The notes beneath the pieces were generated by a model. That model searched no databases and was not told where the DNA came from. It was given only the letters and a program-made list of their open reading frames with translations. DNA of 64,000 nucleotides, taken from NCBI GenBank assembly GCA_963751075.1, contig CAVVTE010000012.1, positions 8,149 to 72,148 of the forward strand. The letters run 5' to 3'. Shown in pieces: positions 57,894 through 64,000 of the stretch. The first letter of the stretch is position 1, and every line of letters begins with the position of its first letter. This stretch comes from an uncultured Chloroflexia bacterium (lineage in GTDB: Bacteria > Chloroflexota > Chloroflexia > Thermomicrobiales > UBA6265). A program made the translations under genes and the position numbers.

Positions 57894-58651
57894 ACACCGA
57901 ATCCGACCTGGTCGGCACGGTTGCACTCGTCACTGGTAGCAGTCGAGGGATTGGCGCTGCGGTCGCGCTCTCCTTGGCGGAGGCAGGGGCCAACGTCGCG
58001 GTTTCTGCGCGCGACCTGGAGAGTCTGACCGGGACATGCTCGCGGATCGAGGCATTGGGCCAGAAATGCGTGCCAATTGCATGCGACGTCACGCGGACCA
58101 GCACGATTTCGGAGGCGATTTCGACCATCGGGCGCGCTCTCGGTCCGATCGACATTCTCATCAACAACGCCGGCGTCAATCTGCCGCGTCCAGCGTTGGA
58201 TGTCACCGAGGAGCAGTGGGACAACATCCTCGACACCAATCTCAAAGGAGCATTTTTCTGCGCTCAACAGGTTGGAAGGTCCATGGTTGCGCGAGGCGGC
58301 GGCCGTATCGTCAATATCGCCTCAGCCGCCGGGCTGATCCCAGCGCGAGAACGTGCCGCTTATTGCGCAAGCAAGGCGGGTCTCATCATGCTCACTCGGA
58401 TCCTGGCGCTGGAATGGGCTGAGTTCGGCGTCAGGGTAAACGCGGTGGCGCCCACCTTCGTCGAAACGGAACTGGCTGCGCAGACCCTGAGCCGACCGGG
58501 CATGCGGGCGTACTGGGAGTCTCGCATTCCACTGGGACGCCTCGCGACCGAGGCAGACGTGACAGCGGCGGTGCGCTACCTGGTCTCACCGGAAGCGAGC
58601 TTCATCACCGGAGTCGTGTTGCCAGTGGATGGCGGGTTGACCATGCATTGA
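57890..58651 (+). CDS. SDR-family oxidoreductase (FabG-like)
   Basis: ATGA start/stop overlap with the preceding gene. Contains TGSSRGIGAA, NNAG and YCASKAG. Confidence 0.8.
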   Translation: MNTESDLVGTVALVTGSSRGIGAAVALSLAEAGANVAVSARDLESLTGTCSRIEALGQKCVPIACDVTRTSTISEAISTIGRALGPIDILINNAGVNLPRPALDVTEEQWDNILDTNLKGAFFCAQQVGRSMVARGGGRIVNIASAAGLIPARERAAYCASKAGLIMLTRILALEWAEFGVRVNAVAPTFVETELAAQTLSRPGMRAYWESRIPLGRLATEADVTAAVRYLVSPEASFITGVVLPVDGGLTMH

Positions 58652-58960
58652 TGGCTGACCCTGATCCCAGCAATTGTGCTGGGAAGTTAGTTGGGGTCGC
58701 TGCCCGGCGGACCCTCTGTCAGAGGATGGCAAGCATAACGCCAGCGGGGGTGTGACGATGCTCCTCCATTGGGTATGGCCCCTGACTTAACTTCCGCGAC
58801 CAGTGGACAAGCAAATGCCCCTGTGCGGTGAATGGCGCCATGGGCAGGTGCCGTGCTTCCCCCAATTGTAAATAGTGGACCACTTGTCTGACTCAAGTCG
58901 ATCAGTCGCTACCTATCCCCAGGTTATGACAGATCGTCCTGAGTGTCTTCGGAGACTGTA

Positions 58961-58982
58961 TTGACCCAGATCTTGACCCAGA
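58961..58982. repeat. 22-nt element TTGACCCAGATCTTGACCCAGA (itself a 10-mer doublet), copy 1; candidate recombinase arm-type site
   Basis: Identical to 63550-63571; lies 106 nt left of att-like repeat 1. Confidence 0.5.
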
Positions 58983-59088
58983 TCACGATGGATCACCCTG
59001 GACGCGGGTGAACAGGAGCCACCAGACTTCCGCACGGTTGTGGGAATTCTGGACATTCATGGACATCGGTGGACTGGGGTTCTGATAT

Positions 59089-59133
59089 CTGTGGAACAAG
59101 AGGTTGCGGAATCGTGTCCCGCTCGGCGCCCCA
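59089..59133 (+). repeat. tRNA-His 3'-half direct repeat 1 (att-like)
   Basis: CTGTGGAACAAGAGGTTGCGGAATCGTGTCCCGCTCGGCGCCCCA matches tRNA-His from the anticodon loop to CCA with 4 mismatches. Confidence 0.85.
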
Positions 59134-59723
59134 GGAACTGCACGGAATAGAGCTATTTTCTCCTTGACCAACATCCTGACTACCGCATGATTTTCCCATT
59201 GACAGAATAACCGGGGAATATTCGATCCAGCATCGACCTCGTGACGCCCGTCTTGGCGGGTCTATTGGTCGCGTTGTGCCTGGAGGCGTCTCCGCATGTC
59301 TCTCTCGAACGATTCGGACGAACCGTCGTCCGATGCTCAAGTCATGGGTGACATTCCGGAGCTTGCGTGTCGCTGTACTTACGCGTTCTGTCCATGCTCG
59401 CAGCCGGTCGTGGCTCGATGCGCCGCACGGCCAGGGCGAGGGTGCCAGCCGGGAGCGCAGCCGGGGCGATCCTGTGCCGGGCGGCTGCGCGTCGTTTCGA
59501 TGGAGCGCGACGCCTGTGCATCCGATCTTGCGTTCCGAGGCGGATCGGGCACATCCTGAGGGGTCTGGCGCGCGGGTTGCGGTTCCGTTGGAGTGGCTCC
59601 GGGCTGCGGAAGGAAACCCAGCTCGCGCCCCACCCGTTGCAGAGGTACGTGTCAGCAGCGATCTGATGGGCGCGGCCACGACCGCGACGACCATCCACGA
59701 TGCCGCTCCCGAGGAGATTGTCC

Positions 59724-60566
59724 ATGAAGAGGTTCATCCTGGTCCTGAGTCTGAGCGCCGGACTCATCGCCTTCAGCCCTGTCGCCCACGCCCAGGAGAG
59801 CGGTGGGCCGGTGATCAACGCCGACGGCACCGACGCCGCCTCGACGGCCGGGCTCAACCCGGTGGACAACGGCACCGGACCGACGCTGATTTACGGCGAT
59901 CTCTCCGCCGGAGCGCCGCCCGTTCCGATTGCCTCGGAACCGGCGCCGGTGGTGACCGATCCGGCACCCGCCCCGGATGCCGCGACAACGAGCGAGCCCG
60001 CGCCCGTGACGGAACCAGCACCCGAGGGCGGACTCGCCCCGGCTCCCGAGGAGACCACCACCACGACCTCAACGGAGCCGGCTCCCGCCGCACCCGCCTC
60101 CGAGACGACAACCACGACGGCGCCGGAGACCACGACCGCTACGGTGAGCGGGGAGCCGGCTCCCGCTCCCCAGTACGACCCGGTCACGGGCCTGGCCATC
60201 GACCCGGCCACTGGCTTGCTCATCGACCCGGTCACCGGCTACCTCCTCGACCCGGCCAGTGGCCTGATGTTTGACCGAAGGACCGGGTATCAGGTCCATC
60301 CGATGACCGGGTTGCTGATCGAGCCGACCACGGGGCACCAACTCGACCCGGTCACGCTGGCGGTGGTCATCCCAGCCGGGTTCGGCAGCGAGACGCCGGA
60401 CTACAACCCGGGCAGCGGGGAGATGCGGGGCACGATCGAGACGGTGGTCGACGATACCTATGACAATGCGACCTACAAAGTCATCCCCGGGACAGATGGT
60501 CCGACGCAGCCGGTCGGGGAGATCATGGTGCCGACGACGCCCGGGGATGCCATCGAAATGTCCTAG
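59724..60566 (+). CDS. secreted Pro/Thr-rich protein with DPxTG(L/Y)L(I/L)DP repeats
   Basis: GAGGAG lies before the ATG at 59724. Signal peptide is MKRFILVLSLSAGLIAFSPVAHAQE. Repeats read YDPVTGLAIDPATGLLIDPVTGYLLDPASGLMFD. Confidence 0.7.
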   Translation: MKRFILVLSLSAGLIAFSPVAHAQESGGPVINADGTDAASTAGLNPVDNGTGPTLIYGDLSAGAPPVPIASEPAPVVTDPAPAPDAATTSEPAPVTEPAPEGGLAPAPEETTTTTSTEPAPAAPASETTTTTAPETTTATVSGEPAPAPQYDPVTGLAIDPATGLLIDPVTGYLLDPASGLMFDRRTGYQVHPMTGLLIEPTTGHQLDPVTLAVVIPAGFGSETPDYNPGSGEMRGTIETVVDDTYDNATYKVIPGTDGPTQPVGEIMVPTTPGDAIEMS

Positions 60567-60625
60567 CCCGTTGCTGGCCTGAACCCGAGGGCCTCATCCT
60601 CGCCGGGCCATTGACCGGGCCCGTC

Positions 60626-60670
60626 CTATGGAACACGAGGTTGCGGGATCGTGCCCCGCCAGGCACCCCA
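60626..60670 (+). repeat. tRNA-His 3'-half direct repeat 2 (att-like)
   Basis: CTATGGAACACGAGGTTGCGGGATCGTGCCCCGCCAGGCACCCCA has 3 mismatches to the tRNA. Confidence 0.85.
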
Positions 60671-60955
60671 GGAATCTCGCACAATGACGTCGAAATTGAC
60701 AAGAGGGCTGGCGAATCGCTAGCTCTTTGTGGCGTTTTTGTGCACGACTGGTGCATGGATTCCGAAGCGGAATTCGGCTCCCGGGACTGTCCCTGATATC
60801 ACCTGGGCCGTACTGAGAGCGTGTGGCAAACCCGACCTGTCTCGGCCACCCCGGCCCGTTCTCGGTGGCGGCGCCAACGAGGGGTGGGACGAAGGTCCGT
60901 CCCACCCCTGACGAGTTTCATTGGCGTGCGAGGTCGAGGTGAATCCCGCTTCGCC

Positions 60956-62429
60956 TCACCCGATGCAGTTCGGCACCTGCGATCCGGAACAGTTGTTCGG
61001 GGTGTTGTTGGTGACGATGTCGGTGGAGCCGAGGGTCACCGTGCCGCCTCGTTGAAAATCCCCCCACCATCGCCGCCAAGCCGTATCCAGGTTTTCAACG
61101 GTGTTGCCTGTCACCTTGGATCCCGCCTCCAGGTTCGCGGTGCCGGTGTTGAAGATTCCCCCGCCATTGCCGCCGGTTCCTCCAACGGTGTTGCCCGTCA
61201 CGCTGCTGCCATCCTGCATCGTCAGTCTGCCGTCGTTATAGATCCCCCCGCCATCGCCGAAGACTGTCGTGTTGCCCGTCACGCTGCTGCCCGTTTTCAG
61301 CGTCAGTGTGCCGTCGTTATAGATCCCCCCGCCATCGTTATTTCCGGTGTTGTTCGTCACGATGCTGCCGGCCTCCAGCGTCGCGGTACCACCGTCGTTG
61401 TAGATTCCCCCGCCGGCAGCTGACCCGTTGCCCGTCACGCGGCTGCCATCCTGCAACAGCAGCGTGCCGCCGTCGTTATAGATCCCGCCGCCGTTGGGTG
61501 CGAAGTTGTCCGTCACGGTGCTGCCGGCCTCCAGCGTCAGCGTGCCGTAGTAGTTGTAGATTCCCCCGCCAGAGCCGAGGACGGCATGGTTGCTCGTCAC
61601 GGTGCTGCCGGCCGCGAGGCGCACCACCCCTCCGTCGTTGTAGATGCCGGCACCCGAGTTGGACACGCTGAGGCCCCGAATGCTCGCTCCCGCCCCCAAC
61701 GTCAGCGTGCCTTCGTTATAGATGCCCGCCCCATTGGCGGGCGCACCGCCGCCGGTGATCGTGACGTCGAGGAGGGTCAGCGTGCCATAGTTGACGAACC
61801 CCCAATAGGACACGTCGCGTTTCGCAATCGCCAGCCCCTGGACCGTTACGGTGGCGCCCTGGGCGACCTCGATCACGGCGCAAATACACCCGGCGTCGTT
61901 CTGCAGGATCGTCTGGTCGGTGCCGGCTCCCACCAGTGTGAGGTTCTTGGTGATGGTGGCAGCGATATCTGGGAAGGTGCCCGCACAGAGGGTCAGGGTG
62001 TCCCCGGATTGCGCGGCGTCGATCGCCGCCTGCAGGTCCGCTCCCGACGGGAGGCAGGAGGTGCCAGAGCCCAGGCCGCCACCTGTCGGCGCGGCACAGC
62101 GGCCCGCCGCATCCGTGACCAGACCCTGGCAGCAGTTCGCGCGGTTGCCGGTCTTGGGCGTCTGGCCGATCGTGGCGCATGAGCCCTTGCTAGTTGCCGT
62201 TGCCCGAGTCCTGGCCGGTGCGCTGCCCCTTCCGGTTGTCCTTGCGGCGGCCCGTGCGTTGACGATTGCGGGCGCTCCGGCGGTGCCGGGGCCCGGCCTC
62301 GCTCTCGTCGTTCAGGAGCGCGGCGAGGGCTCCCGCCAGAGGCAGGGAAGCCCCCAGGCGCAGCAGTCCCCGCCGGGTGCCTGCGGCAGAAAGGGACGTC
62401 ATCAGGCGGTCGAAACGCTCCGTATCCAT
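60956..62429 (-). pseudogene. leader + Arg/Lys linker + Cys module fused to a parallel beta-helix (GGGIYN-repeat, Pmp-like) protein; 1-nt frameshift near 62190
   Basis: N-terminus is MDTERFDRLMTSLSAAGTRRGLLRLGASLPLAGALAAL...RHRRSARNRQRTGRRKDNRKGQRTGQDSGNGN*. The next frame continues SKGSCATIGQTPKTGNRANCCQGL... into ORF 60956..61933, which has repeated GGGIYNDG.L.L..GS.VTGN units. Confidence 0.7.
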
Positions 62430-62704
62430 ACCCTGAATCTCCAGCGTCACGCGGGAACCACGATGGAGGCCGGTTCTCAGCAGCGCGCCGAGCGTGACGC
62501 GGCGCGACCCGGCCGCGGCCAGCTGCTTCACCCGTGCGTCGAACCGTTCTCGGTCCATGGCCCACTACCCCCCGGCGTCAGAACAGTGCCTGGCGGCGCG
62601 CCAGGAGGCCTCAGCGTCGGTGTTCAGCCATGACTCTGCGCGCCGGGGACGGTCCCGTCCATCCGTACATGTACTCAATTGGGAACGCGGCACGTACTCA
62701 TTCG

Positions 62705-62828
62705 CCCCACCACACCCGATTGCAACGCTCCCGCCCATGACTGGACGCGTCGCCGCGGCCACCCCACTACGCCCGATCGCGACGCTCCCGCCCATCGCTG
62801 GACGCGTCGCCGCGGCCACCCCACCACG
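62705..62828. repeat. 2.2 x 57-nt tandem duplication upstream of the beta-helix gene
   Basis: ACGCTCCCGCCCAT occurs at 62725 and 62782. Confidence 0.8.
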
Positions 62829-63027
62829 AGGTGCGCGGGGTCAGGCCGGGATGCGCGACGGCGCTTGCCACCGAAACGTCGACCTACCAGCGTGCCTTCC
62901 AGGACGCCGGCTTCGACAATGCAGCGGGCTTCGCCGGCGAGGCCGTGGACGTGATCGATGCCGTTGTGCCGGCGGGCGAGCTAGTGCAGCGATCGGCGCT
63001 GGGGCCGAGGCGCGGCCACGCAATGAG

Positions 63028-63450
63028 TCAGCGTTGCTCACCGAGGTTTGCCCGGTTCTCGGCAACCGAAGTGTGAGTTGCAGACGGCTCACCGTCGCGA
63101 TGGACTCGTCGATGCGCTCGTACCACCTGACGAGCCTCCAAGAGGCTTTGCAACACGCTCAAAGCCTCGGACCTTTCTGTTGCAAGAAGCACCACGAGCC
63201 GTTCGACTGCCGCCGATTCCTCGTGCGGCATGACATGGGCGTACATGCGGAGCTTAATGCTCGGGTCGCTGTGGTCACGCCGCGCCGCCACCGCTTTAAC
63301 GCTTGTGCCGGTCGAGAGATCGAGCGAAGCGTTGACGTGCCGAAGATCGGGCAGCCGCATCCTCGGCACTGCCGAACGCGTGATGGTCTCCTCGAAGGAG
63401 CGGCCCACGTTGCGTGGCGAGAGTGTCGTCCCAAGACGGATCGTGAACTC
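63028..63450 (-). pseudogene. tyrosine recombinase (phage-type integrase) C-terminal remnant, truncated at att-like repeat 3
   Basis: LPDLRHVNASLDLSTGTSVKAVAARRDHSDPSIKLRMYAHV carries the LRH, (G)HS and Y-x-H catalytic-region pattern. Everything N-terminal to it is replaced by the tRNA fragment. Confidence 0.65.
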
Positions 63451-63484
63451 GAGTTTGCGGAATCGTGACCGGCCAGGCACCCCA
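63451..63484 (+). repeat. tRNA-His 3'-end direct repeat 3 (att-like, 34 nt)
   Basis: GAGTTTGCGGAATCGTGACCGGCCAGGCACCCCA compared with GAGGTTGCGGGATCGTGCCCCGCTAGGCACCCCA. Confidence 0.75.
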
Positions 63485-63549
63485 GAAAACGTACGCAATA
63501 GAGCCAAATAGTGGGGTTGGGTGAAAGAATCACCCAGCCTCACTTCTTT

Positions 63550-63571
63550 TTGACCCAGATCTTGACCCAGA
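63550..63571. repeat. 22-nt element TTGACCCAGATCTTGACCCAGA, copy 2
   Basis: Identical to 58961-58982; lies 66 nt right of att-like repeat 3. Confidence 0.5.
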
Positions 63572-63717
63572 CGAGAGTTGCTTCCGAGCGAGGCAATGTG
63601 ACCTGGAACTTGTCCGCAAACCTGGCACTGAGAAGGGGTTGCCCGACGGATCGCCACTTGCGGTACACGGTAAGATGGTGACAGAGGTACAACCTGGAGA
63701 GCAGGAAGGGAACCCGG

Positions 63718-64000
63718 ATGGCCGAGAACGCCAGTCCCCTGTCCGGTGTCGATGCTGTGACGCTTACGCCTATGGTCCAAGTCCTGCTCGCCGAACCTCT
63801 GGCGGTCGTCGAAGGGTGGTCCTGCCGCTCGCTCGGTGGCGGGGCCGGCGAAGGCCTTGGTCTCTACCGGGTTGCCGGCTCGGCCCGTGTCGGCGGCGCC
63901 ACCTGTCCGTGGGCGCTCGTCTGCAAGGTGGGCGGGGCCACGGATGGGGCTAGCCCCAGCGCGTGGGACTACCCAGCGCGGGAGGAACTGGCCTACGGCT
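63718..64000 (+). CDS. phosphotransferase (APH/choline-kinase-like) family protein, 3' end beyond the window
   Basis: AGGAAGGG lies before the ATG at 63718. MAENASPLSGVDAVTLTPMVQVLLAEPLAVVEGWSCRSLGGGAGEGLGLYRVAG...WDYPAREELAY resembles N-termini of aminoglycoside-phosphotransferase-fold proteins. The frame is open to the window end. Confidence 0.5.
   Translation, partial: MAENASPLSGVDAVTLTPMVQVLLAEPLAVVEGWSCRSLGGGAGEGLGLYRVAGSARVGGATCPWALVCKVGGATDGASPSAWDYPAREELAYG

Larger units (their letters stand above)
44252..59133. mobile_element. decayed integrated element / genomic island A, bounded by tRNA-His and the first tRNA-His 3'-half repeat
   Basis: A 45-nt direct repeat (41/45 identical) of the tRNA-His 3' half lies at 59089-59133. 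The interior is rich in frameshifted genes and carries an IS insertion. No integrase is left inside. Confidence 0.5.
59134..60670. mobile_element. island segment B between att-like repeats 1 and 2 (single cargo gene)
   Basis: Bounded by same-orientation tRNA-His 3'-half copies. Confidence 0.4.
60671..63484. mobile_element. island segment C between att-like repeats 2 and 3, with an integrase remnant
   Basis: Bounded by tRNA-His 3'-half copies. A truncated tyrosine recombinase abuts repeat 3. Confidence 0.45.

Noticed and set aside
58993-60274. ORFs 58993..59694 (-) and 59276..60274 (+) around att-like repeat 1
   Set aside because: Their composition is Arg/Pro/Gly-rich. They overlap the well-supported secreted-protein gene 59724-60566 or span the tRNA fragment, and they have no motifs.

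Overview
GC-rich bacterial chromosomal window. LPXTG-type sorting signals, a split transketolase and FDxL-type secretion leaders hint at a monoderm high-GC lineage such as Chloroflexota/Thermomicrobia or Actinobacteria, but this cannot be proven from the sequence. All calls come from reading the sequence and ORF translations; no searches were run, and boundaries of RNAs and repeats are good to a few nt.

Layout:
(1) 1-14.3 kb: two paralogous cyanophycin-synthetase-like genes interleaved with four paralogous minus-strand genes. These encode a conserved leader + Lys-rich/Cys linker module fused to different Cys-rich domains. Each is preceded by the same bipartite motif, GGATGCATC-N14-GGTGTAGT on the gene strand. 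An HTH/MEDS-like regulator sits among them.
(2) 14.3-20.6 kb: secreted protein, ECF sigma/anti-sigma pair, IS5-like remnant, and two sortase-signal surface proteins.
(3) 20.6-43.5 kb: mostly metabolic and housekeeping genes. These include PLP enzymes, dipeptidase, ABC-2 exporter, phosphoesterase, cNMP-TrxR fusion, mutL, SnoaL-like protein, split transketolase, MFS, M20 peptidase, PfpI, GH32-like protein, HAD and OMT.
(4) 43.5-44.25 kb: tRNA-Thr, tRNA-Leu, RNase P RNA and tRNA-His.
(5) 44.25-63.5 kb: decayed integrated DNA bounded by three direct copies of the tRNA-His 3' half. It holds an IS1380-family insertion with a 4-bp TSD, an integrase remnant and many frameshifted genes.

Two oddities run across the whole window:
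(a) At least 16 imperfect tandem duplications with a 57-63 nt (once 29 nt) period. Most sit on a start or stop codon, and several copies differ only synonymously.
(b) An unusually high number of frameshifted reading frames, including mutL. This could be real decay or hypermutation, or it could be indel sequencing error.
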